From NCBI GenBank assembly GCA_033764015.1, contig JANRJK010000005.1:17659-81658 (forward strand): DNA of 64,000 nucleotides, given 5' to 3'. The notes beneath the pieces were generated by a model. That model did not search any database, had not been told where the DNA came from, and saw only the letters and a program-made list of their open reading frames with translations. Position numbers and translations under genes: made by a program. Positions 18,431 to 28,612 of this stretch are shown here, in pieces. Numbering within the stretch: position 1 is the first letter of the stretch; each line of letters starts with the position of its first letter. Origin of the DNA: Candidatus Sumerlaeia bacterium (GTDB lineage Bacteria; Sumerlaeota; Sumerlaeia; SLMS01; JANRJK01).

Positions 18431-19825
18431 ATGAGCGCGGATACCGCCCCGGCCGTCGCGGCCCCCCAGCTTCCACCCTGCGACCACACACCGCGGGCCT
18501 ATTCCGGACCGACGTGGGAGGAGGCGCTTGCGCTCCGCAAGCGCTTCCTCACGCCGACTCACTTCCACATCTACGGCGAGCCGATGATGCTCGTCGAAGG
18601 ACACCGGCAGTACGTCTGGGACCATGAGGGCCGTCGCTACCTCGACTTCTACGCGGGGATCGTGACGGCCTCGGTGGGGCACTCGCATCCGAAGGTGCTC
18701 GCCGCGGTCAAGGACCAGCTCGACCTGATCCAGCACGTGCCGACGATCTACCTGCACCCGGCGATCGGCGAGCTGGGCGAGGCGGTGGCCAAGCGCGTCC
18801 CGAAGGAAATGGGCGACGTGGTCACCTACTTCGTGAACAGCGGCAGCGAGGCGAACGACATCGCGCTGGTCGCCTCGCGCGTGTACACGGGGAACTGGAC
18901 CATGCTGGCGCTGCGCAACGCGTACCACGGCGCCGTGGGACACACCATGGGCCTCACCAGCCCGCATGTCTGGAAGTACAACATGCCGCACCAGGACGGC
19001 ATGATCCACGTCGCCAACCCCGACCCCTACCGGGCGATCTATCCCGGGACGCCGGAGGAGATCGCGGCGTGCTGCGTGCGCGACGTGGAGGACGTCATCA
19101 AGTTCTCCACATCGGGCGACCTGGCCGGCATCATCATCGAGCCGTGGACCGGCGTGGGCGGCGTCACCAGCGGCCACCCGAGCTACTTCAAGAGCGTCGC
19201 GGAGGTCGTCCGCCGGCATGGGGGCCTGTACATCAGCGACGAGGTGCAGACGGCGTTCGGCCGCACCGGCGAGCATTACTGGGGTGTGCAGAATTTCGGC
19301 GTGGTGCCGGACATCATCACGACCGCGAAGGGCCTCGGCTGCGGAACACCGATCGGCGCGGTGGTGATGAAGCGCGAGATCGCGCAGGCGCTCGCGACGA
19401 AGATCCACTTCAGCACCTTCGGCGGCAACCCGGTCACCTGCGCGCAGGCGAAGGCGGTCCTCGAAGTGATGGACGAGGAACGGATGCAGGAGAACTGCCA
19501 CCGGCTCGGCGGGATCTTCCGCAAGGGGCTGGAGGAGTTGCAGCGCCACCATCCGATCATCGGCGACATCCGCGGAAAGGGCCTGATGGTGGGCGTCGAG
19601 CTGGTGAAGAACCGCGCGACGAAGGAGCCCACCAAGGAAGGCACCGGCACGGTGGTCGAGGTGGTCCGCGACCTCGGCGCGCTCATCGGCCGCGGCGGCC
19701 TCTACGGGAACGTGCTCCGCTTGAAGCCGCCCATGTGCGTCACGGAGGCGGACGTGGAGTTCCTCCTCGATTGCCTGGACATCGCGTTCGGGGAAGCGGA
19801 GCGGCGCCACGGCATCGCCGGTTGA
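18431..19825 (+). CDS. class III aminotransferase (AGXT2 / beta-alanine:pyruvate-like)
   Basis: YLDFYAGI, NSGSEAND, DEVQTAFGRTG, TTAKGLG, STFGGNP. Confidence 0.9.
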   Translation: MSADTAPAVAAPQLPPCDHTPRAYSGPTWEEALALRKRFLTPTHFHIYGEPMMLVEGHRQYVWDHEGRRYLDFYAGIVTASVGHSHPKVLAAVKDQLDLIQHVPTIYLHPAIGELGEAVAKRVPKEMGDVVTYFVNSGSEANDIALVASRVYTGNWTMLALRNAYHGAVGHTMGLTSPHVWKYNMPHQDGMIHVANPDPYRAIYPGTPEEIAACCVRDVEDVIKFSTSGDLAGIIIEPWTGVGGVTSGHPSYFKSVAEVVRRHGGLYISDEVQTAFGRTGEHYWGVQNFGVVPDIITTAKGLGCGTPIGAVVMKREIAQALATKIHFSTFGGNPVTCAQAKAVLEVMDEERMQENCHRLGGIFRKGLEELQRHHPIIGDIRGKGLMVGVELVKNRATKEPTKEGTGTVVEVVRDLGALIGRGGLYGNVLRLKPPMCVTEADVEFLLDCLDIAFGEAERRHGIAG

Positions 19826-20726
19826 GCCGCGCCGCGTCCTGCTGACGGGCGCGACGGGATTCCTTGGCGCCCACGCGGCGCGTGCCCTGCTCGCCCGAGG
19901 GCACCGCGTCATCGGGACGCACATCGAGTCGCCGCACCGGATCGAGCGGGTCGAGACGGTCACTCTCGACGTGAGCGATCCGGGACCGGTGCGCCGCCTG
20001 CTGCGCGATCTGCGCCCCGACGCCATCGTGCACACCGCGGCGATGACCGACGTGGCCGCTTGCGCGCGCGAGCCCGAGGCGGCTCGCCGCGTGAACGCCG
20101 AGGGAACCAAGCACATCGTCGACGCCGCCTGCGAGTTCGTCCCCAGCGCCCCGTTCCTCTACACATCCACGGACCTTGTGTTCGACGGCGCGGCGGCCCC
20201 TTACGCCGAAGCCGCGGGGACCAATCCGCTGACCGACTACGCGCGTCAGAAACTGGCGGGCGAAGCCGCCGCGCTGGCGCACCCCACGGGCACGGTGCTC
20301 CGGGTGGCGCTGCTTTTCGGAGCGGGGGTCTTCGGCCGGGCGGGGTTCCTCGGGTGGATGCGCGGGACGCTGGCGCGCGGCGAGCGGCTCCGGCTTTTCC
20401 GCGACGAGTTCCGCACGCCGGTGGCGGCGCGGGATGTGGCCGAAGCGCTCGCGGCGCTCTGCGAGAGCCCGCTTCCGGGCTTGTTCCACGCGGGCGGGCC
20501 CGAGCGGCTGTCGCGGCTGGAGATGGGCCGGCTCCTTTGCCGCGCGGAGGGCCACCGGGAGGAGCTGCTGGAGCCGTGCGCACTCGCGGAGGTTCCGCTT
20601 CCCACGCCGCGCCCGCCGGATGTGAGTTTGGAGTCGTCGAAGCTGGTGGCGGCGATCGGCTGGCACCGGACCCGCTTCATGGACTTTCTGCAAGAAGGCC
20701 GGGGGCGCCTGCCGCTCCCCCACTGA
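19809..20726 (+). CDS. RmlD-like (dTDP-4-dehydrorhamnose reductase family) SDR; start codon non-canonical or lost
   Basis: In-frame VLLTGATGFLG at 19836+, STDLVFDG and YARQK (YxxxK); ORF-track start 19971 omits the Rossmann motif. Confidence 0.75.
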   Translation, partial: TASPVEPRRVLLTGATGFLGAHAARALLARGHRVIGTHIESPHRIERVETVTLDVSDPGPVRRLLRDLRPDAIVHTAAMTDVAACAREPEAARRVNAEGTKHIVDAACEFVPSAPFLYTSTDLVFDGAAAPYAEAAGTNPLTDYARQKLAGEAAALAHPTGTVLRVALLFGAGVFGRAGFLGWMRGTLARGERLRLFRDEFRTPVAARDVAEALAALCESPLPGLFHAGGPERLSRLEMGRLLCRAEGHREELLEPCALAEVPLPTPRPPDVSLESSKLVAAIGWHRTRFMDFLQEGRGRLPLPH

Positions 20727-20747
20727 CGAAGGAACGAAGGAACCACG

Positions 20748-22109
20748 ATGCCCAGAATCATCCTCATCACGTTGCTGGCGCTGCTGTCGTTCGGCGCGGC
20801 GCGCGGCGACGGGCGCACCATGCGCTTCGTCTTCACCAGCGACCTCGACCCGGTGTTCGCGCCGGGCTCGACGGAGGTGGGCGACAAGCCCCAGGGGGCG
20901 CTCAAGAGCCTCCTCGACCGGCTCCGCGAGGAGGATCCCGAGTCGGTGTTCGTCGACCTCGGGAATTCCGTGTCGCCGCACAGCTTCATGGAGACCTCCT
21001 ACGGGTATGTCTCGCTGAACGCCCTCCGCGACTACGGCTTCGACGCGGTGCACCTGACGGCGCGCGACGCGGTGATCTCCGGGACGAACAACTTCGGCAT
21101 CGCCGCCATGGGGGAGCGCGACCTCGCGCAGTACTTCGGCTCCTTCGGCGTGGACAACCCGGACTCGGGCGTCGCCTGGGCGCCGGAACCGGTCAAGAAG
21201 GTCGCGCGCGGGGGCGCGTCGGCCACGCTTGTCAGCCTCGGCAACCCAGCGGGCTTCGCCGCTTGGCGCGGCGCGCGCGAGGCGCTGATCCAGCGCGACC
21301 GCACGGAGGACTTCGTCGCGATGGAGTCTTCCCCCGCCGCCCTCGTCGTGGCGGTGACGGATCGCCCGCCCGCCGAAGTGGACCGCATCGCCGAGTCGGC
21401 GCCCGACGGCTCGATCATCGTTTCCATCCGCGGACCGCGGAACGGGCGCGTGGCGCCGGCGCGCGACGGCGGCGCCACGGTCGTCCAGGGGCCGCCCCCC
21501 GGGAGCGCCCTTGTGGTGGATGTCGCGGAGGACGGAAAGGTGACCGCCCGCCACGAGGCGTTCTCGATCCCTGAGGCGTACTTCGCGATCCGCAAGGCTC
21601 CGCTCCCGGAGATCGGGGTCGGGATCACGAACGCGGAGGCGGCGCTCGCCGAGCGCTTCGGCGCCGATCCCGCGAGCGTCGGCTTCGAGAAGCACGGAGG
21701 GCAGGACTTCGGAGACCTGCTGGACCGCGAGCGGATCTTCGTCTTCCGCGGCATGGTGGACGGCGTGGAGCACCGCTTCTACCGCGTGCAGAACCGGGTC
21801 CAGTTCCTCCGCACAGACGGGGTCCTGACCCCGGTCGGCTACCCGATGGTGGACATTGTGGCGATGGTGGGGCCGGACCACCGCCTGAAGAAGGTGGCGG
21901 TGCGCGACAGTTTCCGCTTCATGGGATACGTGATCGACGTGGCCCCGCTCTGGGAGTCGCTCTACGGCGCGGACCCTGAGGCCTGGATCCCCGACTACGA
22001 CCCGTTCCCCGGGGCAGAGGAGTTCGCCGCGATGATCGCGCGGGACCTGCGCTACACCCTCGAGCTGGACCGGCGCCTGTTCGGGGCGGCGCGCCCCGCC
22101 GGGGAGTAG
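20748..22109 (+). CDS. exported protein with degenerate 5'-nucleotidase/metallophosphoesterase-like N-terminal domain
   Basis: Signal peptide; FVFTSDL, VFVDLGN and YGFDAV echo phosphoesterase motifs but lack the His ligands. Confidence 0.6.
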   Translation: MPRIILITLLALLSFGAARGDGRTMRFVFTSDLDPVFAPGSTEVGDKPQGALKSLLDRLREEDPESVFVDLGNSVSPHSFMETSYGYVSLNALRDYGFDAVHLTARDAVISGTNNFGIAAMGERDLAQYFGSFGVDNPDSGVAWAPEPVKKVARGGASATLVSLGNPAGFAAWRGAREALIQRDRTEDFVAMESSPAALVVAVTDRPPAEVDRIAESAPDGSIIVSIRGPRNGRVAPARDGGATVVQGPPPGSALVVDVAEDGKVTARHEAFSIPEAYFAIRKAPLPEIGVGITNAEAALAERFGADPASVGFEKHGGQDFGDLLDRERIFVFRGMVDGVEHRFYRVQNRVQFLRTDGVLTPVGYPMVDIVAMVGPDHRLKKVAVRDSFRFMGYVIDVAPLWESLYGADPEAWIPDYDPFPGAEEFAAMIARDLRYTLELDRRLFGAARPAGE

Positions 22110-22178
22110 CCCGCAGGCCACCGAAAGGCTCGCCTCCCGACCCGCGGCCGGCTCCAATGGTAGCCGGCCGCGCCCGTT

Positions 22179-23903
22179 ATGGACTCCTGGAACTTCCTCA
22201 AAGACCTGCTTGTGCTGCTCGCCGCGGCGGTGCTGTTCGGCGCGCTCTTCGAACGCGCCCGGCTGAACGCGATCCTCGGCTACCTCTTCGCGGGAACGCT
22301 GGTGGGTCCGGGGATGCTCGGCCTCGTGCCCGCGGGGGAACGCATCGCGGCGATCGCGGAGATCGGGATCGCGCTCCTGCTGTTCACCATCGGGCTCGAG
22401 TTCTCCGTCCGCCGCCTGCTTGCGCTGGGGCGGGTGGCGCTGCTCGGGGGTGTGCTGCAGATCGCGGCGACCATCGCCGCGGTGGCCGCGGCCGCCTCGG
22501 CGCTCGAGCTGCCGATCGCGGCGGGCGTCGCGCTCGGGGCGATCCTCGCGCCAAGCAGCACCGCCGCGGTGCTTCGGCTGTTGCGCGAGCGCGGCGAGCT
22601 CGACACCGTCCGGGGGCGCAACGCGCTCGGCATCCTACTGCTGCAGGACGCCGCCCTGGTGCCGCTGGTGCTCCTGATCACGTCGCTCCGGAGCACCGGG
22701 GACGCGGATGGTAGCGCGATGGGCACCGTGCTCCGCGCGCTCGCGGCGCTGGCGCTTTTCGGAGCCGGCGTGGACCTGGCGAGCCGTTTCGTGATGCCCC
22801 TCCTCTTCCGCGCCCTTTCCGGCGTGCGGAGCAGGGAGCTCTTCGTCGTCATGGCGATGGCGCTCTGCCTAGGCGCCGCCTACGCGGCGCATGCGGTCGG
22901 GCTCTCGCCGGCGCTCGGGGCCTTTGTCGCCGGGGTGCTGCTGGCGGAGAGCCCGTTCTCGGCGCAATTGCGCTCCGACGTGGGCGGCGTGCGGATACTC
23001 TTCGTCACCCTGTTCTTCACTTCGGTGGGAATGCTGGCGGATTTCGAATGGCTCGCCGACCACTTCCTGCTGGCGGCGGGGGTCACCGGGGCGCTGCTCG
23101 GGGGCAAGGCGCTGGTGGTCTTCGCGGTGCTCCGGCTGCTGCGCGTGGGGCGCGGGCCAAGCCTCTCGTCGGGTCTGCTGCTCGCGCAGGGCGGCGAGTT
23201 CTCCTTCGTGCTCGCCGCGATGGCGGCGGAGGGGGGCGGCTTGATCGACCGCGACACGTTCCAGCTCGTTTCCACGTGCGTGCTGGCCACTCTGTTCGCG
23301 ACACCGTTCCTAGTGGCGGCGGCGCCTTTCGCGGAGGAGCGGTTGAGGGCCGGGGGCTCCGCGCCGGACCCCGACAGCGCCGCCGGCGGGGATGGCGCGC
23401 ACGGGCTGGCGCACCACCATATCGTGGTGGGCTTCGGTCCCGCGGGGCGGCGTGTAGTCGAAAGCCTGCGCGAGCGCGGGGAGCGCGTCGTGGTGTTGGA
23501 GCTGAACCCGCAAACGGTCGAGCGGGCGCGGAACGCGGGGCTGCTGGCGGAGGTGGGCGACGCTTCGCAGGCGGAGGTGCTCGAACACTGCGGCGTCGGA
23601 ACGGCCGCGTCGCTGGTGGTCACGATCCCGGACCACGACGCGGCGACGCGGATCATCGAGCAGGCCCGCGGTCTGGCTGCTGGGCTGCCGATCTATGCGA
23701 GGGCGCGCCTGCGGCGGCACATGCCCGAGATGCTCCGGGCCGGGGCGGACCTGGCCCTCGATGAGGAGGACCAAGTGGGGTTGGCGCTCAGCGCGGAGAT
23801 TTGCCGAAGGCACGAGCTGCGGCTCGCCGGCGTCCAGCCGGACCGGGATGGCGAGCTGCGGGAGGCGGAGGCGGCGGCGGACGCTCCCTCGCAACCGCAG
23901 TAG
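22179..23903 (+). CDS. CPA2 cation:proton antiporter with TrkA-N domain (KefC/YbaL-like)
   Basis: LLFTIGLEFS, GILLLQD, LGAFVAG, LAQGGEFSFVL, VVGFGPAG. Confidence 0.9.
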   Translation: MDSWNFLKDLLVLLAAAVLFGALFERARLNAILGYLFAGTLVGPGMLGLVPAGERIAAIAEIGIALLLFTIGLEFSVRRLLALGRVALLGGVLQIAATIAAVAAAASALELPIAAGVALGAILAPSSTAAVLRLLRERGELDTVRGRNALGILLLQDAALVPLVLLITSLRSTGDADGSAMGTVLRALAALALFGAGVDLASRFVMPLLFRALSGVRSRELFVVMAMALCLGAAYAAHAVGLSPALGAFVAGVLLAESPFSAQLRSDVGGVRILFVTLFFTSVGMLADFEWLADHFLLAAGVTGALLGGKALVVFAVLRLLRVGRGPSLSSGLLLAQGGEFSFVLAAMAAEGGGLIDRDTFQLVSTCVLATLFATPFLVAAAPFAEERLRAGGSAPDPDSAAGGDGAHGLAHHHIVVGFGPAGRRVVESLRERGERVVVLELNPQTVERARNAGLLAEVGDASQAEVLEHCGVGTAASLVVTIPDHDAATRIIEQARGLAAGLPIYARARLRRHMPEMLRAGADLALDEEDQVGLALSAEICRRHELRLAGVQPDRDGELREAEAAADAPSQPQ

Positions 23904-23907
23904 GCGG

Positions 23908-24348
23908 CTAGTACTCGGTTTCGCTCTCGAGGTCCGGCGCGAGGATCATCTCCTCGATGTCGCCGGCGGTCTTGTCGGCGTCGAGGTGCGTCTCGCGGAA
24001 GGCGGGGGGGCGAAGGCGCCCCTCGTTGTTGTAGCCCGGCGTGGGGAGTCCGAGCGCTTCGCGGTTCGCGGTCGGAATCGGGGGCACCGTCTCGCCGCGG
24101 GCCTCGGGGCCGGCCGGGGTCGGGGCCGGGGTCGGAGCGTCCACATCCGGCGGGCGGGTCGCCATCGCGTCCAACTCGGCCTGCCGGCGTTCGCGGTCGC
24201 GCTCGATTTCGCCCTCTTCGAGCTCCGCCCGCACATCATCGAGCGAGATGGTCTCGATGCGCGGGGCGGGCGCGAAAATCGCCACCGCGAGCAGCAGCAC
24301 GAGCGCAGCCGCCACCAGGGCGAGTTGGATCTGAAGGGCCTTGTTCAA
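23908..24348 (-). CDS. hypothetical protein with N-terminal membrane anchor
   Basis: GGAG then TTG 24348; hydrophobic N-terminus, acidic Pro-rich body. Confidence 0.55.
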   Translation of the reverse strand: MNKALQIQLALVAAALVLLLAVAIFAPAPRIETISLDDVRAELEEGEIERDRERRQAELDAMATRPPDVDAPTPAPTPAGPEARGETVPPIPTANREALGLPTPGYNNEGRLRPPAFRETHLDADKTAGDIEEMILAPDLESETEY

Positions 24349-24722
24349 CGGCTGCTCCGCGCGTCGGGATGCGGCGCCCCGCGTCGCGCGGGGCACCGCA
24401 CCATGCCCGGGCAACGGGCGCGCGGGGTCAACCCCCGCCGCGCCGCCCTACCACTTCGCCGACTGTGCTTTGGGCCGCTTTGCCGCCTCATTCTCAAGCG
24501 ACGAGTCCAGCCGGACGGGGTCCTCCGCATGCCGGCGGAGGGATCACCCACCCTTCCGTGATACGACAAAACGCGTGAGTACCGCCACCGCCAATCCTGC
24601 GAACCCCAGGACGAACAGTGCCGTCATCGTCACTGCCTGCGGTCGACGAGACACCCATGCTGAGCAAGGGGGTGCCACCCCCGGGCGTTCACAGTTTCAG
24701 ACCCGACCTCGAGCGCTTCCCC

Positions 24723-26672
24723 CTACCTGAGTCGGGGCATCCCTTTCGAGAGCTGGTCGAACAGTGCGTCCGCGCTGGGCGGGTTGGGGATGCGTTCAAA
24801 CGCAGTGATTCTGGAACCCCCGGTCTGGGGCGCCGCATTCGGCGCGAAGGTGTGAAGTGTCACGAGCCGGGGAAACGAGGGGAACTCGGGGCCATATTCC
24901 GCCAATGCCCACTCCAGATGCTTCCGATCAAGCACCGAAGGGCTCCCGGGCGTGTAACCCTCCGGGATGTTGACCTCGCCATGTCCCGCAATCCACTGGC
25001 CGCGGTAGAACTCGAAGTACCTCATCAGCCTCACCCCCCCTTCCCGCGGCTCATGATCAAAGACCAGCTGGGTCCCGGCGGATGTATGGGCCTCGGTGAT
25101 TTCCTCCTCCGGGATTGGCGCGGCGTATACACGCCACAGCAAGTAGTATGGGAAACAGCCCCACATCTCGGGCGTCAGGCCCGCATTGGCGGCGCCGTTC
25201 ACGTAGGCGGCCTCCGACTTGCCGCCGGTGAGCGCGTACTTTTGTGGGCGTTCCGGAGCCAAGCGCACTACTTCCCTGGAGCCGGAGTCGGTTGTCACAA
25301 GGGCCACGATGCCGTCCGCGAGATACCAGCTCTCGAAGTCCGCCACAGGTTCGGTGGGCGCGGCCAGAGGAGGGGCGCCTTGAGGTTGACGCAACGCGAC
25401 GCCGGTAACCTTGAGTCCGATCAGGGACTCGTCGGTCTTCGGGGTGGGCCGTTGCGCATGCACCCGGTCGGGGGACGCAACCCAGGGCACGAGGCAAGCT
25501 GCCGCAGGCGCCGCGGCCCGTCCCGCCCCCAGCAGGCTCAGCAGGATCGCGTCGCTGCGCAGCCAGCCCTCGCGGGTGAGGCGCAGGCGGCCTGCTTCCG
25601 AGTGGAACCAGGGTGCGGCTTCGGGTTGGCGCGCGAGCCACTCGCCCACCAGCGCGTGCAGTTCCGGATCGGTGGCGGCGTCGATGCCGTCGCTGCGACG
25701 AAGGAGGCAGAAGAGGCGCTCTTCGAGGGCGACGCCCGAGGCGAGCGTCTCGACCTCTTCGACGAAGCGCTCGCCGCGGGCGGTGGCGGCGGCCCAGCCG
25801 TCGAGGTCGTGCCGGTTGAACCAGCGGCGGTCGCCCAAGCTGGTGTGGGCGGAGGGCCCGAGGCCGAGCACGTCGCGGCGGGTCCAGTAGCGCTGGTTGT
25901 GGCGGCTGCGGAAGCCGGGGCGGGCGAAGTTGCTGATCTCGTAGTGCTCGTAGCCGGCGGCTTCGAGGAGCGCGGCGCCCTCGAGGTACATCGACGCCTG
26001 CTCGTCCTCGGGGGGCTGCGCGAGGCGGCCTTGGGCGAATTCGCGGTGGAAAGGCGTCTCCTCGTGGATCGTGAGGCCGTAGAAGCTGAGGTGCTCGGGG
26101 GCGAGCGCGGCGGCGGCGGCGAGCGATTCGCGCCATCCGGCGGGCGTCTGGCCCGGCAGGGCGAACATCAGGTCGAGGCCGATGTTGCGGAAGCCGGCGG
26201 CGCGGGCGGCCTCGAAGGCGCGGGTGATCGTCTCGCGCCCGTGCAGGCGTTCGAGGAGCGTCAGCTCGCGCGCGTCGAAGCTCTGCATGCCGATGCTCAG
26301 GCGGTTGACGCCGGCGGCGTACCACTTCGCGGCGCGGCCCTCCGTGAGGTTCTCGGGGTTCGCCTCGAGCGTCACCTCGGCGGGAACGGCGCCGGGGGTG
26401 AACTCGTCGACCATGGTGTGGATAAGGTCGCCGACCGCTTCGGGGACGAGGGTGCTCGGCGTGCCGCCGCCGAAGTAGATCGTGTCGAGCGTGCGCCGGC
26501 GCAGCGAGGGGTCCGCGGCCAGGTGGAGGCGGAGTTCCGCCGCGACGGCGTCGGGGAACTCGAGCCGCGCGCGGGCGGGGCGGTCGCGCAGTTCGAGCTT
26601 GTAGAAGTCGCAGTAGGGGCAGGCGTGCTTGCAGAACGGCACGTGCACATACAGGCCGAGCGTGCCGTCCAT
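24723..26672 (-). CDS. hemW: radical SAM heme chaperone HemW with an atypical C-terminal extension of about 270 aa
   Basis: LYVHVPFCKHACPYCDF, YFGGGTPS, YEISNFA and HN..YW; HemW homology ends near 25530. Confidence 0.85.
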   Translation of the reverse strand: MDGTLGLYVHVPFCKHACPYCDFYKLELRDRPARARLEFPDAVAAELRLHLAADPSLRRRTLDTIYFGGGTPSTLVPEAVGDLIHTMVDEFTPGAVPAEVTLEANPENLTEGRAAKWYAAGVNRLSIGMQSFDARELTLLERLHGRETITRAFEAARAAGFRNIGLDLMFALPGQTPAGWRESLAAAAALAPEHLSFYGLTIHEETPFHREFAQGRLAQPPEDEQASMYLEGAALLEAAGYEHYEISNFARPGFRSRHNQRYWTRRDVLGLGPSAHTSLGDRRWFNRHDLDGWAAATARGERFVEEVETLASGVALEERLFCLLRRSDGIDAATDPELHALVGEWLARQPEAAPWFHSEAGRLRLTREGWLRSDAILLSLLGAGRAAAPAAACLVPWVASPDRVHAQRPTPKTDESLIGLKVTGVALRQPQGAPPLAAPTEPVADFESWYLADGIVALVTTDSGSREVVRLAPERPQKYALTGGKSEAAYVNGAANAGLTPEMWGCFPYYLLWRVYAAPIPEEEITEAHTSAGTQLVFDHEPREGGVRLMRYFEFYRGQWIAGHGEVNIPEGYTPGSPSVLDRKHLEWALAEYGPEFPSFPRLVTLHTFAPNAAPQTGGSRITAFERIPNPPSADALFDQLSKGMPRLR

Positions 26673-26678
26673 GGGCGG

Positions 26679-27458
26679 TCAGGCCTTGCGGTGGATGAGC
26701 CAGCCGGTGGCCTGGTTCGTCGCGGTGAGGATCATGGTGTTGATCTGCACGTGCGGCGGCCGGGTGACGGCGAAGAGGACGCACTCGGCGACGTCCTCCG
26801 GCGTGAGCGGCTCGATGCCCTGGTAGGGCTTCTTCGCGGCCTCACCGTCGCCGTGGAAGCGGACGAGGCTGAATTCGGTGCCGCCGACGAGGCCCGGGTC
26901 GATCGAGGTGGCGCGAAGCGGCGTGTCCACCAAGTCGACGGCGAGCGAGCGGGTGATCGCATCGACGGCGAACTTGGCCGCGCAGTACACGTTGCCGCGG
27001 GGGTAGACGTCGTGGCCGGCGACGGAGCCGATGTTGACGATGTGGCCACTCCCCCGCCGCAGCATCGCGCCGACCAGGGTGCGCGTGACGTAGAGGAGGC
27101 CCTTCACGTTCACGTCGATCATCGCGTCCCAGTCGTCGAGGCTGCCGTCCTGGAACTTGTCGAGGCCGAGGGCGCCTCCCGCGTTGTTCACGAGGATGTC
27201 CGGGGCGCCCCACGGTTCCGGGAGCGCTTCGAGCGCCGCGACGATCCCGGCGCGGTCCGCGACGTCGCCCTCGATGGCGAGAGCTTCGGTGCCATGTGCG
27301 GCGCGGAGTTCCTCGGCGAGTTCGCGCAGCCGGTCGCCGCGGCGCGCGAGGAGGGCGACGCGGGCGCCATCCCGGGCGAGCGCTCGCGCGATGGCGGCGC
27401 CGATGCCCGAGCTGGCGCCCGTGACGAGGGCGGTCTTGCCGGATAGCTGGGCGCTCAC
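26679..27458 (-). CDS. SDR oxidoreductase, YdfG-like NADP-dependent 3-hydroxyacid dehydrogenase
   Basis: TGASSGIG, NNAG.ALG, YCAAK, GTEFSLVRF. Confidence 0.88.
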   Translation of the reverse strand: MSAQLSGKTALVTGASSGIGAAIARALARDGARVALLARRGDRLRELAEELRAAHGTEALAIEGDVADRAGIVAALEALPEPWGAPDILVNNAGGALGLDKFQDGSLDDWDAMIDVNVKGLLYVTRTLVGAMLRRGSGHIVNIGSVAGHDVYPRGNVYCAAKFAVDAITRSLAVDLVDTPLRATSIDPGLVGGTEFSLVRFHGDGEAAKKPYQGIEPLTPEDVAECVLFAVTRPPHVQINTMILTATNQATGWLIHRKA

Positions 27459-28411
27459 TTCGCTGCGGCTTCCTTCTTCGAGGGAATCTCGTCGTTGATG
27501 CCGAGGCGGCGGACTTGGTGGCCGCGGGCTTCGAGCCCCTTGTGGACGGCGTAGGGCCCGGCGAAGTGCAGCGCGCCGACCGCGAAGAAGTGCGAGCGGC
27601 CCGGGTTCTCGCGGATCGCCTTGTCGATGTTCTCGGCCATCTTCTTGTCGCGGTCGTCGAGGAGCTTCACGCGGAAGCGCTCCATGAGTTCATCGTTGGG
27701 GTCGTACTGGCGGTTCATCTCCGCATAGAGCGCCACTTCGTCGCCTTCGAGGTAGAGGCGCATCAGCTCGCGGAGGGAGTCGCGGCCGGCCTTCTCGTCC
27801 TCTTCCAGCGAGTCGAGGCTCTTGCCGAGCATGTAGAGTTGCTCGTCGAGGGTGAAGCCCTCGAAGACGGCGACCTGGGAGTCGATGGTTTCGAGCGCGC
27901 CCAGCTTCTTGCGGGCGAAGGCCGCGCGGTTGTAAAGGTTCTGGTCGACGGACTTGCCGGGCTGGATGAGCTCCGGGTTGCCCATGATGGCGAGCTGTAC
28001 GGCAACCATCCACGGCTTCATGGCGTCGAGCGTGTCGGGCGAACCGCCCTTCGAGGTCGCGTAGTCGTGGACGCGCTTCCGGAGCTCGGGGCTGGCGGCG
28101 TCGCCAAAGGTCTCTCCGGGCTGCGCGATGACCTTCGTAGCCATGCGCGTCATCGAGATCATGTCCATGGGGATCTCGGTGTAGAGGGCGTCGGAGGCGG
28201 TGAAGGCGTCGTTGACCACCTGCGGGAACTCTAGGATCGCGTCGTTCGCAAGGTGGATGGTGCCGAAGAGGAAGGACGGGGTTTCGCCTTCGACGACCCA
28301 GAGGAAGGGCTTCTCGGTGGGCTTGAGTCCGCCGTCGGCGCGCGACGGGGACGGAAGGAGGAGCAGCGCGAGGAACGCGAGCGCGGCGAGGAAGCGTGGC
28401 ATGGTCTTCAT
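27455..28411 (-). CDS. TraB/GumN family exported protein
   Basis: FLFGTIH, LETIDSQ, DRD..MA, FAVGALH; signal peptide; GGAG before ATG 28411. Confidence 0.88.
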   Translation of the reverse strand: MKTMPRFLAALAFLALLLLPSPSRADGGLKPTEKPFLWVVEGETPSFLFGTIHLANDAILEFPQVVNDAFTASDALYTEIPMDMISMTRMATKVIAQPGETFGDAASPELRKRVHDYATSKGGSPDTLDAMKPWMVAVQLAIMGNPELIQPGKSVDQNLYNRAAFARKKLGALETIDSQVAVFEGFTLDEQLYMLGKSLDSLEEDEKAGRDSLRELMRLYLEGDEVALYAEMNRQYDPNDELMERFRVKLLDDRDKKMAENIDKAIRENPGRSHFFAVGALHFAGPYAVHKGLEARGHQVRRLGINDEIPSKKEAAAK

Positions 28412-28612
28412 GCGGGATCTCCGGGGTGTGATGGGGCGCCCGCGGCGCCACGCCAAGAGACCGGAGCATGGGCCGGACCGGTTGGCGCGGCGACGGGAAT
28501 CGCCTGCGGATGGTACGCACCGGGTCCGATTTTCTTTGAATGCACGGTCCATGGGAGGGGTAGACTCCTTTGGAACGACAGACTAGGCGCGACGTGCCGC
28601 GAGGAGTTGGCC

